From NCBI GenBank assembly GCA_965203355.1, contig OZ241889.1, positions 2,592,001 to 2,656,000 on the forward strand: a stretch of 64,000 bases of DNA, given 5' to 3'. Within the stretch, counting starts at the first letter, position 1. Each line of letters begins with the position of its first letter. The notes under the pieces are model-generated. The model had not been told where the DNA came from, ran no database searches, and saw only the letters and a list, made by a program, of their open reading frames with translations. The position numbers and the translations under genes are program-made. The DNA is from Candidatus Latescibacterota bacterium. GTDB taxonomy: Bacteria; Latescibacterota; UBA2968; UBA8231. Shown in pieces: positions 10,350 to 20,661 of the stretch.

Positions 10350-11597
10350 ATGACAGAGGCAGATTCCAAGGACGAACTAACTCCGGTCGCAGACCGCACT
10401 GAACAAGGCGAAGACTTTGCTCAGATGCTCGACGCCGAAGGAACACCACCGACTCCGACCGCCAGTGAGGTCGCAGTTGGCGACGAGGTCAGCGGCGTGA
10501 TCGTCAAAATCGAGGACCAGAACAGCTTTGTCGAGTACGGCAGTCGGGATGAGGCCATGATCCGCACCAGTGAGCTCAAAGGTCCCGACGGGGAAATGTT
10601 CGCCAAGGTCGGCGACCCGATCCGGGCTTTTGTCGTGGCTACTGGGGACGAAGTGCTGCTCAGCCGCGGCTTGAGTCGCCAAGATGTCCAAGCCGACTTG
10701 CTCTACCAAGCGTACCGGGCCGGGCTGCCGGTTGAAGGCCGAGTTGACGCGGTCAACAAGGGGGGATTGGGCGTGACCATCGAGGGCGATGTGCGCGGTT
10801 TTTGCCCGATCTCGCAGGTTGATACTCAGTACGTGGAAAACGCCGAAAAGTACCGCGGCCAGACCTTACCCTTTAAAATCATCGAGTTCCGCCATCAAGG
10901 TCGCGTCATCGTCCTGTCGCGCCGGGCCTTGCTCGAAGCCGAGCGGGACCAGGCCGCTGGCTTGGTGCGCAGCCAGCTAAAGAAGGGAGCGCAACTGGCG
11001 GGCAAGATAACTCGGCTGGAGTCTTTTGGGGCTTTCGTTGATTTAGGCTCTGGGGTGGAGGGCCTAGTCCATGTCTCGGAGATCAGCCATCGGCGCGTCG
11101 GCCATCCCCAAGAAACCCTCGAGGTGGGGCAGCAGGTCCGAGTCGCGGTCTTGCGCACCAAGGAGTTGGGCCACCGGCGCAAGGAGCGGATCGCACTGTC
11201 GATCAAGGCACTGGAAAAGGATCCTTGGCAAGAGATCAAAGAGCATTTTGCCGTCGGTACAGTCGCTACCGGCAAGGTCGATGGGCTGGAGGATTTTGGC
11301 GCGTTTGTCGAGTTGGCCGGCGGCGTGCGCGGGCTGGTCCATGTTTCCGAGATCGCCGACCGCCGCATCAGCCACCCACGCGAGGTACTCTCGCTCGCGG
11401 ACGAGGTCAAGGTGGTGGTGCTCGATGTGGATGTCCGCCGCCAGCGCTTGCGCCTGTCGATCAACCAGGTTGATACCCTCGAATCCGCCGCCCATCTCGC
11501 CGAGTTCCGCCAGCGGCAACAGCAGGAACAGGCGCGGGAAGCCGAGCAGGGCAGTGCTATGCTCGAAGCACTCCGGCGCGCCAAACTGACCGATTGA
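10350..11597 (+). CDS. S1 RNA-binding repeat protein (short RpsA paralog, about 4 S1 domains)
   Basis: Repeated FGAFV.L..GV.GLVHVSEI motifs. Confidence 0.85.
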   Translation: MTEADSKDELTPVADRTEQGEDFAQMLDAEGTPPTPTASEVAVGDEVSGVIVKIEDQNSFVEYGSRDEAMIRTSELKGPDGEMFAKVGDPIRAFVVATGDEVLLSRGLSRQDVQADLLYQAYRAGLPVEGRVDAVNKGGLGVTIEGDVRGFCPISQVDTQYVENAEKYRGQTLPFKIIEFRHQGRVIVLSRRALLEAERDQAAGLVRSQLKKGAQLAGKITRLESFGAFVDLGSGVEGLVHVSEISHRRVGHPQETLEVGQQVRVAVLRTKELGHRRKERIALSIKALEKDPWQEIKEHFAVGTVATGKVDGLEDFGAFVELAGGVRGLVHVSEIADRRISHPREVLSLADEVKVVVLDVDVRRQRLRLSINQVDTLESAAHLAEFRQRQQQEQAREAEQGSAMLEALRRAKLTD

Positions 11598-11598
11598 G

Positions 11599-12849
11599 AT
11601 GCGGCTGACCGACGCCATTTTTAACCATCCACGCGCCGGGTACTACGGCGAATACGGTGGAGCCTTTGTCCCCGAAATCCTCCGCACGACCCTAGACGAA
11701 CTGACCCAAGTTTTTGCGGACGCGCGCTGCGATCCTTCCTTTTGGGCGGAGTTTGAGCAGGTGATGCGCACGTATTCCTGCCGACCCACCCCAATCACCT
11801 TGCTCGAAAATCTTTCCCGCGAGGTCGGTGGGGCGCGGCTTTTTCTCAAGCGCGAGGACCTCAACCACACCGGGGCCCACAAAGTCAACAACGTGATGGG
11901 CCAAGGCTTGTTGGTGCGCCGCATGGGCAAAAGCCGGGTCATCGCCGAAACGGGTGCCGGCCAGCACGGCGTGGCCACGGCGACGATGGCCGCGCGCTTG
12001 GGACTGGAATGCACTATCTACATGGGGGCTGTCGATGTCGAGCGCCAGCGGCCCAACGTGTTCTGGATGGAGCAACTCGGCGCCGAAGTGGTACCCGTGA
12101 CCGATGGCTCGGCCACGCTCAAGGACGCGATCAACGAGAGCCTCCGCGATTGGGCCTATTCCATGGCCGACACGCACTATGTGCTCGGCACGGCGTGCGG
12201 CCCGCATCCCTTCCCGCAAATCGTCGCCTATTTCCAGCGGATCATCGGCGCGGAGAGCCGCCAGCAGATGTTGGAGTCCGTGGGGTGCCTGCCCGATAGG
12301 GTCTATGCCTGCGTCGGGGGAGGGTCCAATGCCACGGGGCTATTCTTGGGATTTCTCGACGACGCGGCCGTTGAATTGGTCGGGGTCGAGGCCGGAGGCC
12401 GGGGGCTGGAGACGGGCGATCATGCCGCTCGCTTGGCCGGCCTCGTCGGTACGCCTGGCGTCGCTCAGGGCTACAAGACCTTCTTCTTCCAAGATCCCGA
12501 AGGTCAAATGCGGCACACGCATTCGGTAGCGGCGGGGCTAGACTACATCGGCGTCAGTCCGATTCTCGCCCACTTGGCCGAGATAGGCCGGGTGCGCATT
12601 GAAGCGGCGACCGATCGAGAAGTGCTCGCAGCCCTCAAGCGAATGATGCGCCGCGAGGGGATTATCGGTGCGCTCGAAAGCGTCCATGCCTTGGCCGGTG
12701 CCCTGCGCGAAGTGGGCGCGATGATGCCCGATCAAGTCGCGCTGATTGGCCTGTCGGGTCGCGGCGACAAGGATATTTTTACGATTGCCGATGCACTCGA
12801 GGACGAAAACTGGCAGCGATTCCTCGCCGATAGGGCCGCTCGGTCGTGA
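11599..12849 (+). CDS. trpB: Tryptophan synthase beta chain
   Basis: KREDLNHTGAHKVNN, AETGAGQHG, CVGGGSN, AGLDY and LSGRGDKD motifs. Confidence 0.97.
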   Translation: MRLTDAIFNHPRAGYYGEYGGAFVPEILRTTLDELTQVFADARCDPSFWAEFEQVMRTYSCRPTPITLLENLSREVGGARLFLKREDLNHTGAHKVNNVMGQGLLVRRMGKSRVIAETGAGQHGVATATMAARLGLECTIYMGAVDVERQRPNVFWMEQLGAEVVPVTDGSATLKDAINESLRDWAYSMADTHYVLGTACGPHPFPQIVAYFQRIIGAESRQQMLESVGCLPDRVYACVGGGSNATGLFLGFLDDAAVELVGVEAGGRGLETGDHAARLAGLVGTPGVAQGYKTFFFQDPEGQMRHTHSVAAGLDYIGVSPILAHLAEIGRVRIEAATDREVLAALKRMMRREGIIGALESVHALAGALREVGAMMPDQVALIGLSGRGDKDIFTIADALEDENWQRFLADRAARS

Positions 12850-13622
12850 ATCTGCAAGCCTATATCGAAGAGCGGCTCACCGAGCGCAAGGTGCTGCTGA
12901 TGACGCATCTGATCGCTGGTTTTCCCACGCTGGAGGCCAACTGGCGGATGCTGGAGATCATGGCCGAAGCCGAGGTCGATCTGGTCGAATTGCAGATGCC
13001 CTTTAGCGAGCCAATCGCCGACGGGCCGACCTTTGCGCGGGCCAACCAGCAGGCCCTCGAAAGCGGCCTTACCCTCGACCAATACTTCGACTTGATGCAG
13101 CGTGCCACTTCGGCTTTTGCCTTTCCGCATTTGATGATGGGCTACTACAACACAGCGTTCCGCTTGGGGCACGGCCCGTTCTGCCGCCGCTTGGCTGCCA
13201 GTGGAGCCTGTGGCTTTATCCTGCCCGATTTGCCGGTCGAAGAGTGCGGCGACCTGTGGGCCGCAAGCGCGGTGTGCGGACAAACGCCCATTGTGCTGAT
13301 GACCCCGACCAATACCGACCAGCGGCTCCAGCAGATCGGGGCCCAAGCCAAGGGGTTTGTCTATGTCGTGGCACGCAAGGGCGTAACGGGTAGCCAGACC
13401 GACTTAGGTGAGGAACTCCGGCGGTTTATTGCGCGGTGCCGCAAAGTGACAGACCTGCCGCTGGGAGTCGGCTTTGGCCTGCGCCGCCGGGAAGATGTGC
13501 GCCAGCTACAGGGCCAAGCCGAAATCGGCATCGTCGGATCGGTGCTGCTGGAGGTCTGGGAGCGAGAAGGGGAGGCGGCCTACGCCGCTCTATTGCGCGA
13601 CTTGGCTGCTGGTCGCGCGTGA
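12846..13622 (+). CDS. trpA: Tryptophan synthase alpha chain
   Basis: PFSEPIADGP, MGYYN, PDLP, GVTG and GFG motifs; overlaps trpB stop. Confidence 0.95.
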   Translation: MNLQAYIEERLTERKVLLMTHLIAGFPTLEANWRMLEIMAEAEVDLVELQMPFSEPIADGPTFARANQQALESGLTLDQYFDLMQRATSAFAFPHLMMGYYNTAFRLGHGPFCRRLAASGACGFILPDLPVEECGDLWAASAVCGQTPIVLMTPTNTDQRLQQIGAQAKGFVYVVARKGVTGSQTDLGEELRRFIARCRKVTDLPLGVGFGLRRREDVRQLQGQAEIGIVGSVLLEVWEREGEAAYAALLRDLAAGRA

Positions 13623-13626
13623 AGAA

Positions 13627-14361
13627 TCAGTCCATGTACAAACCCCCGTTGACGTCGATGGTCTCGCCGGTGATGTGCCGGGCGTCGTCCGAAGCGAGAA
13701 AAAGCGCGCAGTTGGCTACGTCTTCGGGCTGGCCAGAGTGGCCGAGGGGGATGGAGGCCTTGAGCGAGTCGTGTTCAGGGGCGGAAGTCATGGCGGTGTC
13801 AATGACGCCGGGCGCGATGGCGTTGACGCGGATTTAGTGGGGGGCTAAGGCCCGCGCTAAGCCAATGGTCAAGGTGAGGACGCCCGCTTTGGCTGCTGCG
13901 TAGGGGGGGCCAGCGGCTAGGCCGCCGGTTTTGGCCGCCAGAGAAGTCATGTTGATGATGACGCCTTGACGACGCGCCTTCATATGGGGGATGACCGCTT
14001 GGGCGCAGAGGAAAGGGCCTTTCATGTTGACATCGACGATGCGATCCCAGTTCTCTTCGCTGCACGATTCAAAGGTGGTATAAACGAGGTATCCGGCGTT
14101 GTTGACGAGGATGTCGAGTTGGCCGAACTCGTCGAGTACGCGGCTTGTGCCGGCGAGGACTGCCGCTTTGGACGCGATGTCCATTTCCAACCCCAGTGCT
14201 CCTGAGCCGATCGCGGTAGCCGTGGCGCGGGCGGTGTCGGAATCAAGGTCGGCGATGGCCACGCGTGCTCCGTGACGGGCAAAGCACTCGGCGATGGCCC
14301 GCCCGATGCCCCGGCCGGCGCCGGTGATCAATGCGGTCTTGTGCTGTAATTTTCCCGTCAT
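13627..14361 (-). pseudogene. Short-chain dehydrogenase (FabG-like) with an in-frame premature TAA
   Basis: TGAGRGIG, NNAG and YAAAK motifs. Frame reads ARALAPH*IRVNAIAPG...TGETIDVNGGLYMD*, with TAA at 13834-13836 and the natural stop at 13627-13629. Confidence 0.88.
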
Positions 14362-14499
14362 GGTGCGCTCCTACTGAGAAAATATACTTTTTTGCGCGAC
14401 GCCCCAATGCCGGTGCGGCCGTCTTGTTAAAAGATATAAGATAGGTATAAGGCTACTTAGAGGAGCTAAGCCGAACCTTAGAATCGGGAGTTTTCAGTT

Positions 14500-15759
14500 G
14501 TGAGAAATTTTATCGGAGTCATCCTCGGGGGCGGGCGGGGCACGCGGCTCTTCCCGCTGACTCAGCTTCGCTCCAAGCCAGCCGTGCCGATTGGCGGCAA
14601 GTACCGCTTAATTGACGTTCCCATCAGCAATTGTCTGCATTCTGGGATCAACCGCATCTTCGTCCTGACCCAATTCAATTCTGCCTCGCTGCACCGCCAC
14701 ATTAGCACGACGTATCGCTTTGATTCCTTTTCCGATGGCTTTGCCGAGATCTTGGCCGCCGAGCAGACTCAGGACAATGTCAATTGGTACCAAGGCACGG
14801 CCGATGCCGTGCGCCAACAGCTCAGGCATCTGCTCTCGCGCCCGGTCGAACAAGTGCTAATCCTGTCGGGCGATCACCTTTATCGCATGGATTACCGCGC
14901 CTTTGTCGAAGAGCACCGAGCGCGCGGCGCGGACGTGTCGATTGCGGTCAAGCCCGTAACGCGAGAAGCCGCGCCCGGGCTGGGGATCGTGCAGATGAAT
15001 GCTCAAGGGCGGATTGTAGATTTTCGCGAGAAGCCGCAAGACCCCGCCGAACTGGATGCTCTGCGGCTACCGGCGGCGGCCGACCCCAAGGCGTGCTATA
15101 TGGCCTCTATGGGCGTTTACGTGTTTGAGCCCCAGGTTTTGGTTAGCCTGTTGATGAGCAGCGACCAAGAGGATTTCGGCAAGCACATCATCCCAGATGC
15201 GATTCACAAGGTGGGCGTTTTTGCCCACACCTTTGAAGGATATTGGGAAGACATCGGCACTATTCGCTCTTTTTACGAAGCGAATTTGGCGCTGACCGAT
15301 CGGCAGCCACCTTTTGACTTTTACCGAGCTGACGCACCGATTTACACCCACGCGCGCTTTCTCACTGGGGCGCGGCTGGAGAATTGTCACGTTGAACGTG
15401 GGATTATCTGCGAAGGAACTTCCATTCAGTCGGCCCGGATTGAGCGCTCGGTGATTGGGATTCGCTCGGTGATTGGCGCCAATTGTCAGATTGCCAACAC
15501 CATCGTCATGGGGGCTAACTCGGAAGAGTCTCCGGCGGATCGCGTGCGCAACGCTGCCCAGGGCATTCCAGATATAGGGATTGGCGCCAACAGCGCGATC
15601 ACCGGCGCGATCATCGACAAAAACGTGCGCATCGGCGAGGGCGTTTGCATCGCCAACAAGGAGCAAGGCGTCGAGGCCGATGCGACCAATTACTACATCC
15701 GCGACGGGATCGTGGTTGTGCCTAAAGACGCGGTAATTCCGTCGGGTACTGTGGTATAG
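14500..15759 (+). CDS. glgC: Glucose-1-phosphate adenylyltransferase
   Basis: GGRGTRLFPLT, SKPAVP, WYQGTADAV, SGDHLYRMDY and YWEDIGT motifs. Confidence 0.97.
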   Translation: MRNFIGVILGGGRGTRLFPLTQLRSKPAVPIGGKYRLIDVPISNCLHSGINRIFVLTQFNSASLHRHISTTYRFDSFSDGFAEILAAEQTQDNVNWYQGTADAVRQQLRHLLSRPVEQVLILSGDHLYRMDYRAFVEEHRARGADVSIAVKPVTREAAPGLGIVQMNAQGRIVDFREKPQDPAELDALRLPAAADPKACYMASMGVYVFEPQVLVSLLMSSDQEDFGKHIIPDAIHKVGVFAHTFEGYWEDIGTIRSFYEANLALTDRQPPFDFYRADAPIYTHARFLTGARLENCHVERGIICEGTSIQSARIERSVIGIRSVIGANCQIANTIVMGANSEESPADRVRNAAQGIPDIGIGANSAITGAIIDKNVRIGEGVCIANKEQGVEADATNYYIRDGIVVVPKDAVIPSGTVV

Positions 15760-15772
15760 AAGCGAGTCGGCG

Positions 15773-15816
15773 CAACAAAAGCGGGACCGGTGTAAAACCC
15801 GTCCCGCTTTTTGTTG
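15773..15816. terminator. Bidirectional intrinsic terminator
   Basis: CAACAAAAGCGGGAC...GTCCCGCTTTTTGTTG inverted repeat between convergent genes. Confidence 0.85.
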
Positions 15817-15835
15817 TACGCCTTGCGGCAAAGTC

Positions 15836-17479
15836 CTATTTGAGCAAAGTCATTTTGCGGTGCAAGACCTTGTCGCCAGCGCGGAGGCGGTAGAAATACG
15901 CGCCAGCACTGAGGTCTGACGCATCCACCGAGACCGAGTAGGTACCAGCCATGCGCCACCCTTCGGCCAGCGTAGCGACCTGTTGGCCGAGGGCGTTGAA
16001 GAGAATCAGCTCGACGTGGCCGTCGGCCGGAATGGCGTAGGCGATGGTCGTGCTGGGGTTGAAGGGATTGGGGTAGTTTTGGTTGAGTGTGTACGCACTG
16101 GGTAGGGCGGCCGTCGCCGCCGATTCTGAGGCGACGACGGTTGCCATCTCGTTGGGCATGATACCGGCTGCCGCAAGGAAGGTCCAACCCGAGGTCCACA
16201 GTTGGCTACCGAAGGCACCCACGTAGGATACTTGGGTGTAGAAGCCGTCGTTGGGCATGGTGCCGCCGCTCCATGCCGGGCTGCCGGTTTGTGGACGCGG
16301 ATCCAAGCCGCCATCTTGGCTGCGAGAAATGCCAGTGAGCATTGGGTCGGTGACGTGGTTGTTGTGGGAAGAAAGGTGGTCGGCCGCGAACTGATCCGGG
16401 GCGATAGCGGCTAACTCATTGCCCACACCAAAGCCCCACCAGATGTTGTCGGCCAAGACGAGATCACCCGCTTCTAAACGCGCCCGGCTGTCTTCGCCCG
16501 AGTCCAAATCCTCAATATCGACGCCTTCACCGGCGAAATCGGTGAAGATGCTGTTGTGGTATTTGCCACCGGCATTGTCGCGGATCTTGAGTACCACGTC
16601 GTTGTCGCCGTTGCTGGAAAGTTCGCCGGAGCCGACGTAGGTGGCGTTGTAGATGGTGGGCGTAGCGTAGGGCATGCCGTCCTCGGGCGTGGTGCCGCCG
16701 TCGTGCTCACCCGCGCGGTTGCCGGTGTCGGCTGTCTGGATGGAAAACCAGAACTGGCCCTTGCCGCGAAAGCCTTCGTCGTAGTCAAAGGCGTCGTCGC
16801 CGTTGAACGCCGACACCAGATACTTGGTGTTGACCGTGCCGCCGAACCACTCAAAGCCATCGTCTTGGTTGTTGTACACCTCGACGTATTCGATGACCGT
16901 GCCGCTGCCAACGCCGCCCATGGTCAGGCCGTTGATTTCGTTGCCGGCGCCGATATCCGTGCCGCCGTGGCGGATGGAGACATAGCGAAAGACGCCCGAG
17001 TTGTCGCGGTCGTCGCTGCCGCCGTAGAGGCCGCGCGGCTCGGTGGTGGGAATGCCCTCAATGGGGGTTTCGCCCGGCTCGGAGTTCAGGCTAGCGCGGC
17101 CGAGGATGATGACACCGCCCCAGAGGCCGCGTGCGTCGAGCGGCAAGTCGTTGGGGTTGCTGACATCGTCGGCTTCGGCGGTGAAGATGATTGGCTTATC
17201 CGCCGTGCCTTCGGCAAAAATTTTGCCGCCGCGGGCGACGACGAGGGCGCTGGCATTTTCGCCTTGTCCCGGCTTGCCCTTGATAACGGTACCCGCGTGA
17301 ATCGTCAGCGAGGCTCCTTCGCTGACAAAAACCAGGCCGTTGAGTATGTACTCATGGTCCGCGGTCCATTCCACGCTACCGCCGACCGGAATATCGGCGG
17401 TGGTTACATCCATGGTGGCCGCTGAAGCAACGGCCGGTAGCAACGCGGTGCTGACCGCGAGCATTATCCTGCGAAGCAT
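15836..17479 (-). CDS. Secreted acidic beta-helix-like protein with T9SS/FlgD-like C-terminal domain
   Basis: Signal peptide; LWGGVIILG, EINGLT, DDGFEWFGGTV and DDAFDYDEG motifs; C-terminal QNYPNPFNPSTTI...GAYFYRL...KMTLLK. Confidence 0.85.
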   Translation of the reverse strand: MLRRIMLAVSTALLPAVASAATMDVTTADIPVGGSVEWTADHEYILNGLVFVSEGASLTIHAGTVIKGKPGQGENASALVVARGGKIFAEGTADKPIIFTAEADDVSNPNDLPLDARGLWGGVIILGRASLNSEPGETPIEGIPTTEPRGLYGGSDDRDNSGVFRYVSIRHGGTDIGAGNEINGLTMGGVGSGTVIEYVEVYNNQDDGFEWFGGTVNTKYLVSAFNGDDAFDYDEGFRGKGQFWFSIQTADTGNRAGEHDGGTTPEDGMPYATPTIYNATYVGSGELSSNGDNDVVLKIRDNAGGKYHNSIFTDFAGEGVDIEDLDSGEDSRARLEAGDLVLADNIWWGFGVGNELAAIAPDQFAADHLSSHNNHVTDPMLTGISRSQDGGLDPRPQTGSPAWSGGTMPNDGFYTQVSYVGAFGSQLWTSGWTFLAAAGIMPNEMATVVASESAATAALPSAYTLNQNYPNPFNPSTTIAYAIPADGHVELILFNALGQQVATLAEGWRMAGTYSVSVDASDLSAGAYFYRLRAGDKVLHRKMTLLK

Positions 17480-17563
17480 AGTATCCTCCTGACACTGGAA
17501 AAAGTAGTGGACGCCAGCGGTTCAAGTCGCCAGCGTCCACTATAAACGCATAAATCTGTACCA

Positions 17564-17596
17564 ATGATATGGCAGTAATGTGAATAGTTTGTTACA
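17564..17596 (-). promoter_or_regulatory. Putative Pho-box promoter of the secreted protein gene
   Basis: Minus strand reads TGTAACA-N4-ATTCACA, 9 nt, then TATCAT. Confidence 0.6.
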
Positions 17597-17601
17597 ACGC
17601 C

Positions 17602-20499
17602 TCAGCGGTTGTAACGGACCGAAATCGAGAACGAACGGCCTTTGTAGTACTGGCTGGAGATGTAATCGGTGTCTTGGTAGCGATAGGCCTTTTCAAAGGA
17701 GGAATTGAGGAGGTTTTTGGCGCTGACCTTGATTTTGTACTCCTGCCACTGCTGCGAGAAGGTGCAGTCGAGGGTGCCGCGCACTTCCTCAAACACGTCC
17801 GGGGTCCCCCCGAGACTGACCTCGGCCAAGCGCCGGCCGAAGATGTTGTAGTAGATGCCGGCCGCCGTGCCGGTGGCGAAGTGGTCGTAGCTGAGATCGA
17901 GGTTGATCAAGAAGGGCGACTGGCCTTGGAGTTGGCGGGTGTCAGCGGCCTGTGGGTTGAGGGCTCGGCGCAACTTCAACTCGGTGGAGTCAATGTTGAC
18001 CTCAGAGCGGACCAAGGAGAGGTTGCCGCCAGCGTGGAAGTGCGCTAGCGGCGGCGCGAGGAATCCGAGGCCGTGCCGCGCCTCAAGCTCAATACCGGCC
18101 ACTTGGGCGGCTTTGACGTTCTGGAACTGGACCTCGCCGTTGACGGTGAGAATGACGCGCTCGATGGGATTTTTGAAGTCCTTGTAGAACACGCTGGCCG
18201 CATACAATTCGCCGGGGTTGCCAAAATGCTCCCAGCGCAAGTCGTAGTTGTCGATCAGGGTCCGCGCTAGATCGGCGTTGCCGATAAAGGTGAAGCCGCC
18301 GACGAAGCTAAACGAGGCAAATGGAGCCAGTTCGCGGAAGGTGGGGCGGGCGAGTGTGCGGCCGTAGGAGGCGCGCAGGTTCATGCCGGGGCGAATCGCC
18401 CAGACGGCGTTGAGCGAAGGCAAAAGGTCGTTTTCAGCGAGCTGGCCCGGGGTCTTGGTCGAATCTTGGCTGGCCACGTCAATGCGCGTGGCTTCGAGCC
18501 GGGTACCGCCCACGAAGCGCAGTTGGGGGTGGATGGGCAATTCGAGCATGGCGTAGCCAGCATAGATTTGCTGATCGCCGTCAAAATTGCTCGAAAGCTG
18601 GGTGGCATCTTGGACGTAGGAGCCGAAGCGGTAGTGCCGCCCATTGCGGCTGATTAGCCCGACCTTGTCGGCGGCGAAAAAGGAGTTGGGCTGGCCGTCG
18701 TAGTTGATGGCGTCTTGGCCAAATTCGTAGCGCCGCTCGCGAAAGGTGCGCGCTTTGTCCAGTGCCAAGAAGCCGGTTTTGAAATGGCTGTTGATCCCCT
18801 GCCATTGCTTGAAAGGGAAGGTCAGGTTGAGTTGGAATTCGCGGTTGCTCTCGTCGAGGTCGCGGAAGTAGCGAGTCGGCAGCGGATAAATCGAAGGGGA
18901 GATCGAGTAGTCGACGATGTCGCCCCGCCGGACGTTGCCTTCGGCATCGCGCAGGACCTCGCCGTTTTCATCGCGCAGCGGGCGGTTGGTGAGGGTTACG
19001 TGGTTATTGGTAAAAAACCGCAGGTCAGGCTCTTCTTGGGCCGAAGCAGAAGTCGATGCCGTCCATTCGGCCCGCAGGTCGCGCAAGCCGTCAAAGTGGT
19101 GTTTGCCCGCCGCTTGCAGCGATTGGATTTGGCGCTCAGTGAACTTCAAAACGCGCGTCTCGTATATGGCGTCCTCTTCGAGGTCGCGGGGGAATGCACC
19201 GGCTAGGTAGCGGGCGACGTCTTCGCTGTTGCGGTTGTACATGTTGGTGACCGACAACTCGTGCTTGGGGGTTGGCTTGAGAGACAAGGTAACGAGACTA
19301 CCCCAAGCGATTTCCTGTGCCCCTCGGGCGTCGGCGAGATTGAAATTATTGGTCAGGGTGCTGGCCTCCTTACTGGTAAGCTGCCAGCGGGCCGAGGTGC
19401 CGTTGTCGTAAAAGGAGGAGGAGTTGCTGTAGGTCAGGGTGCCGAGAAAGCCAAGGGGTTTGTCCAAGAGCGAGACTTGATTGCCCACGGCGACCGAATA
19501 GCTCTGGTTCAGGGGGGCGGTCGTGGTGGTCGGGGCCATGACCGAGGAGAACGACTTGGAATACTCATCGAGCTGGCGGGCCTTTTCCTCGTCGTTGTAC
19601 GCGGCCCCCACATCGGGGATTGCTACGTCGTTGTTGGCCAAGGCCGCGGGGATTTCTCGGGTTCCGTCATCGACTCCGATCCAATCGAGTCCACCGCCCT
19701 CGTAGGTGAGAAACTGGTCGTTGAACGAGCTCTGGGTGTTGAACTTGGTCGAGGCCGAAACGGAAAGGGTGAAGTTATCCGGGAACGCCTTGGTGCCGAT
19801 GTTGATGGCCCCACCGGTGAAATCGCCGGGCTTGTCCGGGGTAAAACTCTTGGTGGTGACGATGTTGTCCAAGAGCGAAGTGGGAAAGAGATCCATGGGG
19901 ACGGAGCGCTTGTCTGGGTCGGCGTTGGGAAGCGAGGACCCGTTGAGCTGGACCGAGCTATAGCGATCCCCTAAACCGCGAATATAGACGTATTTACCCT
20001 CCACCACCGAGGCGCCCGTTACATGGGACATGGCCTCGGCGGCGTCGCCGCTGCCGGCGCGCGCAATCTCTTCTGCGCTGATCGCATCGCTGACAGCCGG
20101 GGCTTTTTGACGCTCCTTGAGCAGGGCAGCACCGGTATTGCGCAGCGCCTTGGCCTCGACGACGACCTCGTCGTCCAGTTCTAGGGCCTCGGGCACGAGG
20201 GCGATGTTCAGCTTGGCGACCGCCCGGTCTTGGACTTCAATGCCGATAATCGACGCATCCTGATAGCCGATCATCGAACTGGCCAGCACATAGGTCCCGA
20301 CCGGGACGTCGAAAAGCTGAAACCGACCCTCAACATCGCAGGTCGTGCCAAGTTGAGTGCCTTCTAGCAAGACGATCGCCCCCACGAGCGGGTCGCCGGT
20401 CTGGCTATCGACCACCGCGCCGGATAGGGTGCCGGTCTGAGCGAGGGTGGGGTGTGCAAGGGCCACGAGGACGCAGCAGGTGCCAATAAAGTGCCTCAT
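17602..20499 (-). CDS. TonB-dependent receptor with N-terminal carboxypeptidase-regulatory-like domain
   Basis: Signal peptide; plug (YIRGLGDRY, KSFTPD.PGDFTGG); barrel motifs ARPTFRELAP and YDLRWE. Confidence 0.93.
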   Translation of the reverse strand: MRHFIGTCCVLVALAHPTLAQTGTLSGAVVDSQTGDPLVGAIVLLEGTQLGTTCDVEGRFQLFDVPVGTYVLASSMIGYQDASIIGIEVQDRAVAKLNIALVPEALELDDEVVVEAKALRNTGAALLKERQKAPAVSDAISAEEIARAGSGDAAEAMSHVTGASVVEGKYVYIRGLGDRYSSVQLNGSSLPNADPDKRSVPMDLFPTSLLDNIVTTKSFTPDKPGDFTGGAINIGTKAFPDNFTLSVSASTKFNTQSSFNDQFLTYEGGGLDWIGVDDGTREIPAALANNDVAIPDVGAAYNDEEKARQLDEYSKSFSSVMAPTTTTAPLNQSYSVAVGNQVSLLDKPLGFLGTLTYSNSSSFYDNGTSARWQLTSKEASTLTNNFNLADARGAQEIAWGSLVTLSLKPTPKHELSVTNMYNRNSEDVARYLAGAFPRDLEEDAIYETRVLKFTERQIQSLQAAGKHHFDGLRDLRAEWTASTSASAQEEPDLRFFTNNHVTLTNRPLRDENGEVLRDAEGNVRRGDIVDYSISPSIYPLPTRYFRDLDESNREFQLNLTFPFKQWQGINSHFKTGFLALDKARTFRERRYEFGQDAINYDGQPNSFFAADKVGLISRNGRHYRFGSYVQDATQLSSNFDGDQQIYAGYAMLELPIHPQLRFVGGTRLEATRIDVASQDSTKTPGQLAENDLLPSLNAVWAIRPGMNLRASYGRTLARPTFRELAPFASFSFVGGFTFIGNADLARTLIDNYDLRWEHFGNPGELYAASVFYKDFKNPIERVILTVNGEVQFQNVKAAQVAGIELEARHGLGFLAPPLAHFHAGGNLSLVRSEVNIDSTELKLRRALNPQAADTRQLQGQSPFLINLDLSYDHFATGTAAGIYYNIFGRRLAEVSLGGTPDVFEEVRGTLDCTFSQQWQEYKIKVSAKNLLNSSFEKAYRYQDTDYISSQYYKGRSFSISVRYNR

Positions 20500-20543
20500 A
20501 AGGTGAAAGCCTCCCTTGGAGATGGGGATGTTCAAACGTATAA

Positions 20544-20587
20544 AAGGTAGGATCGCCTTGTTGACGAAGCGTTACACAAATGTTACG
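20544..20587 (-). promoter_or_regulatory. Putative Pho-box promoter of the TonB receptor
   Basis: Minus strand reads CGTAACA-N4-TGTAACG-N4-GTCAACA, 9 nt, then TACCTT. Confidence 0.7.
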
Positions 20588-20661
20588 ATTTGGCGGCGGA
20601 ATGCAGCAAAAGCCAGCTCAATAATTAGACTTACATCAGGTTTTTAACCTAAAACATCGTA

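Noticed and set aside
13834-13836. Stop-codon recoding (Sec/Pyl) in the SDR
   Set aside because: The codon is TAA, not TGA or TAG, and TAA ends many genes in this window
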